A DNA stretch of 64,000 bases from Abditibacterium sp. Lineage in GTDB: Bacteria > Armatimonadota > Abditibacteriia > Abditibacteriales > Abditibacteriaceae. The notes under the pieces were generated by a model, which worked only from the letters and a program-made list of their open reading frames with translations, had not been told where the DNA came from and made no database searches. Below, in pieces: positions 1 through 10,215 of the stretch; position 1 is the stretch's first letter, and each line of letters begins with the position of its first letter. The translations under genes and the position numbers were made by a program. The DNA lies in assembly GCA_965199495.1 (NCBI GenBank), contig CBDASK010000003.1, positions 2,560,001-2,624,000 of the forward strand, read 5' to 3'.

Positions 1-108
1 TGCATCAATACGAATTGGACAGGTATCTGAGCATTTTGTAGAAAACAGAAGTTCGCAGAGGATCATCGGAAGGCGTGGCATACTTATTACTCTAAAAATT
101 AAGTTGCC

Positions 109-2598
109 ATGAAAAATTCGTTTGCCCCGTTCCGTTCTGCATTGCCGCGCCGCCAATTTTTGCAATTGACGGCATTGGGCGCTTTTGCCGTTGCCGCAAC
201 TAACCCGAAACGCGCGCTGGCCAGCGCGTTAATTGGCGATTCCAAAAATTTGGGCGTGGCGCCCAATAAATTGTTGGCTGCCGAAAAATCATATCTCGTC
301 GCGCCCCGCGTAGCGACTAAAGTCCAGCCGTTTTCGCTCGCGCAGGTGCGCTTGTTGCCCGGCCCGTTTCTGCACGCGCAAAACCAAGATCACGCGTATT
401 TATTGTTCTTGGAACCCGACCGGTTTTTGCATAACTTCCACAAATTCGCCGGGTTTGAACCCAAAGCCGAAATTTATGGTGGCTGGGAAAGTCAGGGCGT
501 GGCTGGTCAGACGCTGGGACATTATCTGTCGGCGCTTTCGCAAATGTATCAGACGACGGGCGATGCGCGCCTTAAAAGCAAGCTCGATTATACGGTCGGC
601 CAGTTGGCGATGATTCAGGACAAGTGGGGCGATGGTTATGTTTCGGGCATTCCCGACGGACGCGCGATGTTCGCCGACATCAAGGCGGGCGATCCCAACG
701 GCGCCAAGCGCGGTTGGGTGCCGTGGTATACCATGCACAAACTGTTCGCCGGTTTGCGCGACGCCTATTTATTGACCGGCAACGAGCAAGCGAAAACGGT
801 TTTGATTAAGCTCAGCGATTGGGCGATTGATACTACGAAAAGCCTGAGCGACGCACAGTGGGAAACGATGTTGGAACAGGAACATGGCGGCATGAACGAA
901 ACGCTCGCCGACGTTTACGCGCTGACTGGCCAGCGCAAATATCTGGATTTGGCGCACCATTTTTCACATAAATTGATTTTGGAGCCGTTGACGCAACGCG
1001 AAGACCACTTGGACGGTTTTCATGCGAACACGCAAATTCCCAAAGTCATCGGTTTCGAGCGCATTTACGCGCTGGGTAACGAAAATGATTATGGCACGGC
1101 GGCGAAGTTTTTCTGGCAGACCGTAACGCAGAATCGCAGTTACGTCACGGGCGGCAACTCGGATCGAGAACATTTCTTTCCGCCCGCCGATACCGGCGCG
1201 CACTTGAGCGCCGAAACCGCCGAAACCTGCAACATTTACAATATGTTGAAATTGACGCGCGATTTGTGGAAAGTCGAGCCGACGGGCGCGCAGATGGATT
1301 GGTATGAGCGCGCGCTTTATAACCAGATTTTGGGGAGCCAAGACCCGATCGGCGGCGACAAAGGCGGCTTCAATTATCTCAATCCGCTTTCGACCGGCCA
1401 GTTCAAGGTCTATTCCAATCCGACGACGGCGTTCTGGTGTTGCGTGGGAACCGGCATCGAAAATCACGCGAAATACGGCGACACGATTTACTACCATGAC
1501 GCGGATTCGCTGTGGGTGAACTTGTTCATTCCCTCCGAGTTGACGTGGCCCGAAAAAAGTCTGGTTTTGACGCAACAGACGCGCTTTCCCGATGCCGACA
1601 CGTCCAACTTCACGCTCAAACTGGCGCGCCCGACGCAAATGGCGCTCAAGATTCGCCAGCCCGCGTGGGCGCAGAACATGACGATTTCGGTCAACGGCAA
1701 AGCGCAGTCAACAGCAGCCACCGGCAACGGCTACGCGACGATTGCGCGGCAATGGCGCGACGGCGATGTGGTCGAAGTGCATTTGCCGATGCAACTGCAT
1801 ACGGAACAATTGCACGCCACGCCGCAAAAACAGGCGATTCTCTACGGCCCGATTGTTCTGGCGGCCAATCTCGGCCCCAACGGTTTGGAAACCGATTACG
1901 TGGACAGCCAGACGCAGTATTCGGGCGCGGTTTTGCCTCCGGCGCTGGTATTTGTGACGTCGGGCACGGCGACCGCAAAAATTACGCGCGCCAATTCGGA
2001 CAATCTGGCGTTCACCGCGCAGATGCTCGATTCGGGCGATGGCACAGCTCGCATGGTGCCGATGCTGCCGTATTCGCGCGCGCATCATATGAGATATGGT
2101 GTTTATTTCGACGTTCTGACGCCCGCCGATTGGCAGCGCAAACGCGCTGAAATCGCCGCCGAAGCCGCGCGTCAGCGCGACATCGCCGCGCGCACCGTGG
2201 ATATTTATCGGCCCGGCGAACAGCAAAACGAAGTCGAACACGCGTTCAACGGTCGAAACTCGAATACAGGCAATTCGGGCGATTTCAAGTGGCGCGACGC
2301 CCGCGATGGCGGTTTCATCGAGTTCGCGCTGCAAGCTCCGCCCGCCGGTGTGGGCGGCGAATTGTCCATTAAATATTGGGGCAGCGACAACGGCGACCGC
2401 GACTTCGATATTTTGGTGAACGGCCAAAAAGTCGGCTCGCAGGTGCTCAACAACGACAAGCCGGGCGAATATTTCGACGTGATTTATCCGATTCCCGCAG
2501 AATTATTGGTGGGCAAAACGCGCGTGACGGTGCGCGTGGCTGCCAAACCGGGTAAAACGGCGGGCGGAATTTTTGGCGTGCGGATGTTGAAACGGTAG
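109..2598 (+). CDS. GH127-family glycoside hydrolase (beta-L-arabinofuranosidase-like), Tat-exported, with C-terminal accessory domain
   Basis: Tat motif PRRQFLQ; motifs YGGWE, GHYLSA, PWYTMHK, HANTQIPK, ETCNIYNMLKL, FWCCVGTG. Confidence 0.88.
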   Translation: MKNSFAPFRSALPRRQFLQLTALGAFAVAATNPKRALASALIGDSKNLGVAPNKLLAAEKSYLVAPRVATKVQPFSLAQVRLLPGPFLHAQNQDHAYLLFLEPDRFLHNFHKFAGFEPKAEIYGGWESQGVAGQTLGHYLSALSQMYQTTGDARLKSKLDYTVGQLAMIQDKWGDGYVSGIPDGRAMFADIKAGDPNGAKRGWVPWYTMHKLFAGLRDAYLLTGNEQAKTVLIKLSDWAIDTTKSLSDAQWETMLEQEHGGMNETLADVYALTGQRKYLDLAHHFSHKLILEPLTQREDHLDGFHANTQIPKVIGFERIYALGNENDYGTAAKFFWQTVTQNRSYVTGGNSDREHFFPPADTGAHLSAETAETCNIYNMLKLTRDLWKVEPTGAQMDWYERALYNQILGSQDPIGGDKGGFNYLNPLSTGQFKVYSNPTTAFWCCVGTGIENHAKYGDTIYYHDADSLWVNLFIPSELTWPEKSLVLTQQTRFPDADTSNFTLKLARPTQMALKIRQPAWAQNMTISVNGKAQSTAATGNGYATIARQWRDGDVVEVHLPMQLHTEQLHATPQKQAILYGPIVLAANLGPNGLETDYVDSQTQYSGAVLPPALVFVTSGTATAKITRANSDNLAFTAQMLDSGDGTARMVPMLPYSRAHHMRYGVYFDVLTPADWQRKRAEIAAEAARQRDIAARTVDIYRPGEQQNEVEHAFNGRNSNTGNSGDFKWRDARDGGFIEFALQAPPAGVGGELSIKYWGSDNGDRDFDILVNGQKVGSQVLNNDKPGEYFDVIYPIPAELLVGKTRVTVRVAAKPGKTAGGIFGVRMLKR

Positions 2599-2620
2599 AA
2601 TCTTGGGGTTTTGTTGGTTA

Positions 2621-2700
2621 CGAGAAGAGCGTCTGGTCTTTCCCTCACCCGGCTGAGTTACGCGAAGCCGGGTGAAGGAAAAACCAGACGCTCTTCTTCG
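2621..2700. repeat. Long imperfect intergenic hairpin, related to 21062-21106
   Basis: agaagagcgtctggtctttccctcacccggct ... agccgggtgaaggaaaaaccagacgctcttct. Confidence 0.8.
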
Positions 2701-2735
2701 ACAATCCCGCGCCAAATCTTACCCATCGCGTTAAA

Positions 2736-4517
2736 ATGGAATGCGTGTTCGATCCCTCCAAACCCCCGCAGACTTTAGCCGAAATGGCGCAGCGTTCGTT
2801 CGTTGATTATGCCGAGCGGCCTTATCTGGGCGTCAAAGAAAATGGCGCTTTTCAATTTCAGACTTATGCGCAAGTCGCCGCGCGCGTGAAAAACGTCGCG
2901 GGCGCGTTGCTGCAACTGGGTTTGGCGCGTGGCGACCGGGCGGCGATTCTGGCCGAAAATAGTCCGATGTGGGCGATTATGGATTTGGCGTGCCAAATGT
3001 GCGGAGTGATCTCCGTCCCGCTTTATTCGACCCTGCCCGCCAATCAAGTTCAGGTCATTTTGGCCGATAGCGGCGCCACTTTGATTTTGGTTTCGACCGA
3101 TAAACAGCGCGCCAAAGTGGATAAAGTGCGCGACGAGTTGCCGGATTTGAAATACGTTTGGAGTTACGAGGAATTCGGCGACATCGAAGCGCGCGGCGCG
3201 GCTTATTTCAAGGAACATCCCGAACTGTTCGAGTCAACGTGGCCCGCCGCCTATCCCAACGACGTGGCGACCATTATCTACACATCGGGCACGACCGGCA
3301 CGCCCAAAGGCGTGATGTTGACGCACAAAAATTTGGTCTCGAACGCCGTGGCGATTACCAAAATTACGCCGCATCTGGGCACGCAGGACAGATTTCTCTC
3401 GTTTTTGCCGCTCGCCCATATTTACGAGCGCACGGCGGGCCAATTTTTCCCGTTGCGTTTAGGCGCGAGCGTGGCCTATTGCGAAAGTTTGTTTACGGTT
3501 GATAAAGATATGCAACTCGCCCATCCGACGGTGATGGCGTGCGTGCCCAGACTTTACGAATCGTCGCGCGAAAAATTGTTTTCGGCGGCCAAAGCGTTGC
3601 CCGAAGGCAAGCGCAAAACTTATCTGGCGGCGCTCGAATTGGCGACGAAATTTGGTGCGCACAAAGGCAAAGTTCCCGGCGCGCCCGGTTTGTCGTTGAT
3701 CGAAAAGATCAAGTTTGTGATTTACGATAAGTTGGTTTACGGCAAAATTCGCGATAAGTTTGGCGGCAAGCTCAAGCATTTCATTTCGGGCGGCGCGCCG
3801 ATTGCGCCCGAACTGGGCGCGATTTTTATCGGTCTGGGGTTGGAAACTCTGGAAGGTTATGGACTGACCGAAACTTCGCCGGTTATCGCCGTCAATCGTC
3901 CGTTTGGGCCGCAACTTGGAACCGTGGGGCCACCGCTTCCGGGCGTCGAAGTGAAAATCGCCGAAGACGGCGAAATCGTGGTCAAGGCGCCGAGCGTAAT
4001 GAAGGGCTATTGGAACAAGCCCGACGAGACCAAAGAAGTTTTGACGCGCGACGGCTGGTTTCATACCGGCGACATTGGCGAATTAAACGACGGCGTTTTG
4101 AAGATTACCGACCGCAAGAAAGATTTGCTGGTGTTGGGCAACGGCAAAAAAGTCGCGCCGCAACCGATTGAGTTGCAGTTGCAGGAATCGAAATATATCG
4201 CGCAGGCGATTTTGCTGGGCGACAAAATGAAATCGGTCGCAGCGCTGATTGTGCCCAGTTTTCCGCAGTTGCGCGAGTGGGCCAAAGAACGTAATTTGAA
4301 TATCTCAAAAGACGCCGAACTGGCTGCGCACGCCGACGTGAATAAATTAATTCGCAGTGAAATTGACGCGCAAACCAAAGGTTTGGCTGACTTCGAGAAA
4401 GTGCGTAAATTCGCGTTGTTGCCCGAATTGTTGACAACGGAAAAAGGCGAACTCACGCCGACGCTGAAGGTGAAACGCAATGTGGTGGCGGAGAAATATG
4501 GTTCGTTGGTCGAGTAG
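2736..4517 (+). CDS. fadD: Long-chain fatty-acid--CoA ligase
   Basis: IIYTSGTTGTPKG, EGYGLTET, GWFHTGDIG, ELTPTLKVKR. Confidence 0.9.
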   Translation: MECVFDPSKPPQTLAEMAQRSFVDYAERPYLGVKENGAFQFQTYAQVAARVKNVAGALLQLGLARGDRAAILAENSPMWAIMDLACQMCGVISVPLYSTLPANQVQVILADSGATLILVSTDKQRAKVDKVRDELPDLKYVWSYEEFGDIEARGAAYFKEHPELFESTWPAAYPNDVATIIYTSGTTGTPKGVMLTHKNLVSNAVAITKITPHLGTQDRFLSFLPLAHIYERTAGQFFPLRLGASVAYCESLFTVDKDMQLAHPTVMACVPRLYESSREKLFSAAKALPEGKRKTYLAALELATKFGAHKGKVPGAPGLSLIEKIKFVIYDKLVYGKIRDKFGGKLKHFISGGAPIAPELGAIFIGLGLETLEGYGLTETSPVIAVNRPFGPQLGTVGPPLPGVEVKIAEDGEIVVKAPSVMKGYWNKPDETKEVLTRDGWFHTGDIGELNDGVLKITDRKKDLLVLGNGKKVAPQPIELQLQESKYIAQAILLGDKMKSVAALIVPSFPQLREWAKERNLNISKDAELAAHADVNKLIRSEIDAQTKGLADFEKVRKFALLPELLTTEKGELTPTLKVKRNVVAEKYGSLVE

Positions 4518-4533
4518 GGAATTTGTGCAACGT

Positions 4534-4658
4534 TTTTCTGCGGCCCGTAGGGTCAAAACTCGTTTTGACCGCGTCTCAAAATCTGGCATTTTCCGCGTTT
4601 ACAAAGCGAACATTGCTGCGCGGTCAAAACGAGTTTTGACCCTACGGGCCGCAGAAAA
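4534..4658. repeat. GTAG-type REP doublet (REPIN-like)
   Basis: Perfect 40-bp inverted arms at 4534-4573 and 4619-4658, each GTAG-GGTCAAAAC-TC-GTTTTGACC, between convergent genes. Confidence 0.85.
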
Positions 4659-4677
4659 GCAACAATGAAGAACTGGA

Positions 4678-7302
4678 TCACTTCGCGCCCGGCGCGCCAT
4701 TTAAGCGCCAGCGTTCCAATTCGCGCACGCCGCGCTTCCACAGCCACGCCGTCTCGATGGCGTAAATCGCGCTCAACAACAGCGACGCGCCGATGATATA
4801 AAGCGCGCCGTCATTGACGGCTAAAATGATTATGCCCGCTTCGGTCAACAGCGTGAAAAGCAGCGTGAGCGAAATCGCGAACGAGATATTATTCGCGCCG
4901 ATTTTGCGTTTTTTGAGCGCCATCCAATGCGAACCCACGATGTTGCGCAACGTAAAAGCGCAAATCCACAACGGCGTGGCCGCATAGGCGGCGTTCAATA
5001 GCGGCTGATTCGCCGTCGGCAACATTAGCGCTCCGACCAGAAAAATCGGGACGCACACGGCGCCCAACAACACCGAGCGCACGACGAACGGCCCGGCTTT
5101 GCCCCACGCGATTTCAGCGGATGTGCGCGGCGTCAAAAACAAAAGTTCGAGCGTGCCATCCAAGCGGTCGCGGTCGTAACAGAGCGAGCCGCCGCTCGTG
5201 CCCAGCAACATCGCGGCACATGAACTTAATAACATTAATCCGACGCATAACGCGAAAATGTTATCATCCCAGAAACCAGTTGCGATGTTGAAGAGTGGCA
5301 AAACAATCAAGGGCACGCTCGCGACCAGCGCTTGCAAAACCAGCGAATTTAACGCGAAACTTTTGAGGTCGCCACTGATGGCGCGGCGCATTTCGAGCGT
5401 TAAAATTGGATTGTCGAAACGTTCCAGCCAGACCAATAACCGCGCCATCCACGCGTCGGGCGCAGGCAACTGGCGGCGCGACAGGCTGACGGTTTGCGAG
5501 GCCGAGGGCAACGCGGGCGCATTCGCAATGGGCGTTTGCGGCGTTAAATCGTCCAAAACTTCCTCTTTGTCGCGCGTATTCAGAGTTTTGACTGCCGTGA
5601 TGCGGTCGCAGGCCAATCGCCACGCGAGCGCGCCGGTAATGATGGCTAACGTCGCGTGGACGGCGCACGCGATCCAGAAAATCGGGTTGCTCGCGACGTT
5701 TGGATCGCGCAGCATGAGCCACAACGTCCACGGCGAAAGCGGGAAGAAAACCGTCAGCAACTTCGCCGGGAATTGCGCCGTAACCAACAACAGCGCGCCG
5801 CAAAGTGGCCCGCCGTAGAACCAGACGAAATGCCAGATCGCGAACGCATTGCTAAAACGCGGCGCGCGTTGCGCGGCGTGGCTGGCGCATTGCGACGCGA
5901 TCCAAACCGCCGCCATCGCCAAAGTCGCGGGCAAAATATGTAACCATAGCGCGTTTATCGGCCAGCGCCAGCCGAGCAAACAAGACGCAATCCAGAACGT
6001 TAAAGCCACGATCAAACCGCGCGCCGCCAATTTAGTCGCGCGCGGCAGCTGAGCGCGCAAGCTCAGTAATCCGATTGGCAATTCGAGCGAGGCTCGCCAC
6101 ATCGCCGTCGTGGCTAAAGCGCCCACCGCGACGCAAATAATCCACCACGCGGCCAGCGCTTGCGTCGGCGTGCCCGCCAAGCGGCCAAACCAATTGCTCA
6201 GCCACGAATCGTTTTCGATGGCGCCCGGCCACAAAATGCCGAACAGAAAGGTGAACCACAACGCGCCTTGCACGGTTTGCGCGCGTTTCCACAACGCGAA
6301 ACGCGCCCCAGTCCAGAACGGTTCGCGGCCCGTGACCGCCGCTAATCGTAGCACGCGAATCGTCGCGCCACACAGCCACGCCGGGACGAGCAACAGAATC
6401 GGCGCGAGTGCAAAGCCGAAAAACGGTTGCGCCTCGCCCAGCCAGCGCACCAAAAAGAGCGGCCAATTAAACCAAATTTCGCCGCTCGCCGCGCGCACAT
6501 GAGGCGGCAAACCCTGCCAGTAATCGCGCGCGATGCCAACGGCAACTCCGGCCATGCCGAACTGCGCCATGAAATAGACCGGCGCCGTCAAGCCGATGCC
6601 GCCGCCCCAGCCGCGCGCGTTCACCGCCAAATCGGGCGGCAAAACGAAACCGTCGCCGATTTTGGCGCGGGCGTTGCCGTTGTTGGTCGTCAGTTTGAGC
6701 GCGTCTTTGCCCGTCGGCGCCGGTTTGGCGCCCTGAACACGCCACGCCGTCGGCGCCCACAAAGGCGTGCCCCACAAACTCAGCGCCATTATCAAAACCA
6801 ATAATCCGGCTTCGTGCCACTCGAACACGCCGCCCACCAACCACGCGAGCGCGGGCAACATCGTCGCGCACAGCAAAAGTCCCGATAGCGTGCCCGGCGC
6901 GCTCCACAGCCACGCGCGCTGAGTTGCCGAAAGCGGCGTTAATTGAATCGGCTCGAAGCGGCCTTTGATGACTTCCTGACGCAGCAATTCGCTGTTGCGT
7001 GCGAGCGTCATCGCCCACGAAATTATCCAAACGATGGCGATCCACAACAGCGCGCCGGTGGCGGCCCAATCGCGCGTTTGATTCGTTTCGCGCGCCAACG
7101 CCAAAGCCGCGCCCATCGCACCCAGCCAGACGATAACGATGAAAATCAGCCGGAAAACCCACTGCGCGCCGCGCGCATCAACGCGGCGCGATTGCGCTAA
7201 AAACGGATTAATGAGCGGCGACGCCCAATCGCACAGTGCGCGGCATCCCTGGCTCCAGGCAGCGCGCGGGCGGTCAAGAATGGGCAAGCGAGAAAAGTTC
7301 AT
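4678..7302 (-). CDS. Polytopic membrane protein with two ABC-2 permease-like halves
   Basis: Many TM segments; duplicated motif GRFEPIQLTPLS / GTLELLFLTPRT and NPFL / NPIL. Confidence 0.6.
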   Translation of the reverse strand: MNFSRLPILDRPRAAWSQGCRALCDWASPLINPFLAQSRRVDARGAQWVFRLIFIVIVWLGAMGAALALARETNQTRDWAATGALLWIAIVWIISWAMTLARNSELLRQEVIKGRFEPIQLTPLSATQRAWLWSAPGTLSGLLLCATMLPALAWLVGGVFEWHEAGLLVLIMALSLWGTPLWAPTAWRVQGAKPAPTGKDALKLTTNNGNARAKIGDGFVLPPDLAVNARGWGGGIGLTAPVYFMAQFGMAGVAVGIARDYWQGLPPHVRAASGEIWFNWPLFLVRWLGEAQPFFGFALAPILLLVPAWLCGATIRVLRLAAVTGREPFWTGARFALWKRAQTVQGALWFTFLFGILWPGAIENDSWLSNWFGRLAGTPTQALAAWWIICVAVGALATTAMWRASLELPIGLLSLRAQLPRATKLAARGLIVALTFWIASCLLGWRWPINALWLHILPATLAMAAVWIASQCASHAAQRAPRFSNAFAIWHFVWFYGGPLCGALLLVTAQFPAKLLTVFFPLSPWTLWLMLRDPNVASNPIFWIACAVHATLAIITGALAWRLACDRITAVKTLNTRDKEEVLDDLTPQTPIANAPALPSASQTVSLSRRQLPAPDAWMARLLVWLERFDNPILTLEMRRAISGDLKSFALNSLVLQALVASVPLIVLPLFNIATGFWDDNIFALCVGLMLLSSCAAMLLGTSGGSLCYDRDRLDGTLELLFLTPRTSAEIAWGKAGPFVVRSVLLGAVCVPIFLVGALMLPTANQPLLNAAYAATPLWICAFTLRNIVGSHWMALKKRKIGANNISFAISLTLLFTLLTEAGIIILAVNDGALYIIGASLLLSAIYAIETAWLWKRGVRELERWRLNGAPGAK

Positions 7303-7330
7303 TGGGCGAAATGCGTCAGACTTTGAAGGG

Positions 7331-8203
7331 ATGAAGTTTCCTTGTCTTTGCCTTCTGCTGTCTATCTGCGCTCTCGCCGCGACTTCGGCTCACGCCGCCA
7401 CACTCAAAGTTTCGCCGCAAAACCCGCAGCCCGGCGATATTCTCACCGTCACGGTTTATCCGGCGGCGGGCGAAACTATTGAAGGCGTCGGCATGGCGGC
7501 CTTCGACACCGATTTGGTCAAATTCTATGGCCACGATGGCGGCATGGTGCGCGGTTTCATCGGCTTTCCCTTCGACCGCACGGCGGGCAAATTCCCGTTG
7601 AACGCGCGCGTCATGGTTAACGGCAAAGAACAGATTCTCTCGACTTCGATTAACGCGCGCGCCCGCAATTATCCGACGCAACGTATCACGATGTCGAATA
7701 AAGGCACCGCCAGCAAAATGCACGCGACTGACGCTCTGCACGCCGAAAAACTTTACGTTCAATCCAAAATGAAAGACAGTTACGCCGCGCCTTTGTGGAG
7801 CGGCAATTGGATCATGCCCGTCAACGGCGCGACGAGTTCGGGTTATGGCCGCAAGCGTTACGTCAACGGCAAATGGTGGGGCCAGCATAACGGCTCGGAC
7901 ATCAAAGCGCCGACGGGCAAACCGATTCACGCGATGAATGCGGGCCGCGTGGTGATGAGCGATTATTTGCCCGCGCTACGCGGCAATTGCATCGTGATTG
8001 ACCACGGTTGCAACGTGTTTTCGGTTTATATGCACATGAGTAAGCGCGACGTGGCTGCGGGCGATACGATCAGCAAAGGCGAAGAAATCGGCGAAGTCGG
8101 CGCGACGGGTTTCGTGACCGGGCCGCATTTGCATTTCGAGGTGCGCATTGGTTGGGAGCCGGTTGATCCGATGAAAGTGATTGGCGGCGGGATAAAATTT
8201 TAA
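7331..8203 (+). CDS. M23 family metallopeptidase, secreted
   Basis: Signal peptide MKFPCLCLLL...AHA; HNGSD, YMHMS, TGPHLHFEV. Confidence 0.9.
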   Translation: MKFPCLCLLLSICALAATSAHAATLKVSPQNPQPGDILTVTVYPAAGETIEGVGMAAFDTDLVKFYGHDGGMVRGFIGFPFDRTAGKFPLNARVMVNGKEQILSTSINARARNYPTQRITMSNKGTASKMHATDALHAEKLYVQSKMKDSYAAPLWSGNWIMPVNGATSSGYGRKRYVNGKWWGQHNGSDIKAPTGKPIHAMNAGRVVMSDYLPALRGNCIVIDHGCNVFSVYMHMSKRDVAAGDTISKGEEIGEVGATGFVTGPHLHFEVRIGWEPVDPMKVIGGGIKF

Positions 8204-8352
8204 AATCGTTGCATTTGGCTTAATTCGTTCATATTGTTGCGCCTATGGCCGCATATTCACTTCAAACTTTGGGCGATGAACGGGTGGGTTTTCTTTTGCT
8301 GGCAGGAAGCGAATCGTTGAGAGCGGGCAACGCACAACGCGATTGCATTTTT

Positions 8353-8592
8353 ATGAGCGCGCCCGCTACCGCCGAAATCGTTGAACACGAACTCAATGTT
8401 TTTCTCACCGAAAACAAAGCGACCGAGTTTCGATGTTCTCTTTCGCAACGGGATAATATCTGGGAAGCCAAAATTATCATTGATGCTCAAACTGAAGTTC
8501 TTCTGTTTTGTGCTGAAGGAGATAAAGGAAGCTGGCAAATTCGGCATCGCGATGGCCGTGTTTTGACGGGGCACTGCGAAATCATCGGTTGA
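8353..8592 (+). CDS. Small hypothetical protein
   Basis: ORF fills the gap in the + strand run; start uncertain. Confidence 0.4.
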   Translation: MSAPATAEIVEHELNVFLTENKATEFRCSLSQRDNIWEAKIIIDAQTEVLLFCAEGDKGSWQIRHRDGRVLTGHCEIIG

Positions 8593-8627
8593 AAATTGAA
8601 GTGGAATCGCTTTCTCGCAAACTTCTC

Positions 8628-9245
8628 ATGCCCCGACTTCTTCCGCGCACCAATCGCCGCCAACGCCTGATTATCGCGGGCGCGCTGTTGCTGGCGCCGC
8701 TCATTTATCTGGGCGCATTGGGCTATTATCTCGATAGCTGGGGCAAAGTTGACCGCGCCCAAAAAGCCGATGCGATCATGATTTTCGGGACGGGCGTCAA
8801 AGCCGACGGCTCGGCCTCGCTGACGTTGCGGGCGCGCACGCGTCACGCCTACGAATTGTGGAAACGCGGTCTGGCTCCGAAAATTCTCTGCACGGGCGGA
8901 ATGGGCACGCATCCGCCCGCCGAAAGCGTGGCGCAGGAAAAACTATTGGTCGGTTGGGGTGTGCCCGCCGATTCGATAATTAAAGAAGAAAAGTCCACTT
9001 CTACGTGGGAAAACGCCAAATTCGGCGCGCCGCTTTTGCCCGCGAATTCGAGCGTCATCGCGGTTTCCGATCCGTATCATTTGTGGCGCTGCCAACGCGA
9101 TTGCGCGGCGTTCGGTTTGAGCGCGACGACTTCACCAGCCACGGCGGCGTGGCTGCAATGGCCAGTGCGAACGCGATTGTTCTTTTGCGTGCGCGAGGCG
9201 GCGCTGGTGACGCGCGATTTAATTTATGGCGTCTTGGGAATTTGA
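8628..9245 (+). CDS. YdcF/ElyC/SanA (DUF218) family protein
   Basis: N-terminal TM; ADAIMIFG, LCTGG, EEKSTSTWENA, VSDPYHLWR. Confidence 0.88.
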   Translation: MPRLLPRTNRRQRLIIAGALLLAPLIYLGALGYYLDSWGKVDRAQKADAIMIFGTGVKADGSASLTLRARTRHAYELWKRGLAPKILCTGGMGTHPPAESVAQEKLLVGWGVPADSIIKEEKSTSTWENAKFGAPLLPANSSVIAVSDPYHLWRCQRDCAAFGLSATTSPATAAWLQWPVRTRLFFCVREAALVTRDLIYGVLGI

Positions 9246-9833
9246 CGGGCGCAGTTTGCTGCGAAGATGCGGTAAATCTCGCACGTTTTGTCTTGGCAAC
9301 AATGAATTGAGGTCAACTTCCATCGCCGTTGTCAAAATGCCGATAATTTGGCGGATTTGCGGCGGCAAATGGCGACGGTCGTAAAGCCGCAATCTTTGTG
9401 GCGTCGAATGGTCGGTCAGAACTACGATCACATCTTCGGGCTTTTCGGGTGGAGCGTTGGACGGCAACTGCTTTATCAATCGCTTGACCGACGCCAATTG
9501 CGCGGGCGATAAATTCGCTTGTTGAAAGTAGCCGCCACTTTTCTCTGGCGTAATGACGTTCAATTTGAAGCTACCTCCCGAATTGATTTCGTAGCTCAAG
9601 ACCCTCTCGACGCTGCCATCAATTGGTTCGTGAATGTCGAGAATAGATTCACCGTTAGAAAACTCATATTCCAATTCGGTAGAGACGTAGGAAACATAAC
9701 GCTTGAGCGCGGGCGCTCGCGAGTAATGCGACAGTTGATAAGACGGATTTTGCCGCACCTTCATCGTCGTGCCAACAAGCAGCGCCGTGATAACCACAAA
9801 CGCGCCCAACATCCAAATGCGATAACGTTTCAT
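9219..9833 (-). CDS. Hypothetical membrane-anchored protein
   Basis: N-terminal hydrophobic helix; no recognised motif. Confidence 0.55.
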   Translation of the reverse strand: MKRYRIWMLGAFVVITALLVGTTMKVRQNPSYQLSHYSRAPALKRYVSYVSTELEYEFSNGESILDIHEPIDGSVERVLSYEINSGGSFKLNVITPEKSGGYFQQANLSPAQLASVKRLIKQLPSNAPPEKPEDVIVVLTDHSTPQRLRLYDRRHLPPQIRQIIGILTTAMEVDLNSLLPRQNVRDLPHLRSKLRPSNSQDAIN

Positions 9834-9883
9834 TGGGTAAAGTATCGCAGTTGCGCCTCAAATTTGCAGGTTAAACCCTCGAA

Positions 9884-10183
9884 ATGTTGCCTTCTCCCGA
9901 CGAAAACCCCGAAGTTCTCAATAACGCTGTTCAAGAAGCATTGGACGGCGAAACTTTGCGCTCCGACGATTGGAATCGTTACGTCAGCGCGCTCGAAACA
10001 CGCCGCAAACGCTTGCTTCTCGATTTAGAAGATGCCGATGATGTGGACGCTTTGCTGATTCAAGTGCGCATTGACGAAATCAACGAGCAGATTCGATTGC
10101 TCGAAGAAGAATCGAAAATTTCGCGCTTTGTCGAAGACACAGTAAAATTCTCTTACGAAGTGCGCAGATTGAACGACGGTTAA
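9884..10183 (+). CDS. Hypothetical acidic coiled-coil protein
   Basis: 99-aa helical ORF directly upstream of sucC. Confidence 0.6.
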   Translation: MLPSPDENPEVLNNAVQEALDGETLRSDDWNRYVSALETRRKRLLLDLEDADDVDALLIQVRIDEINEQIRLLEEESKISRFVEDTVKFSYEVRRLNDG

Positions 10184-10215
10184 ACGCTCGTTTCCAACTA
10201 AACTTCCCAACCAAC

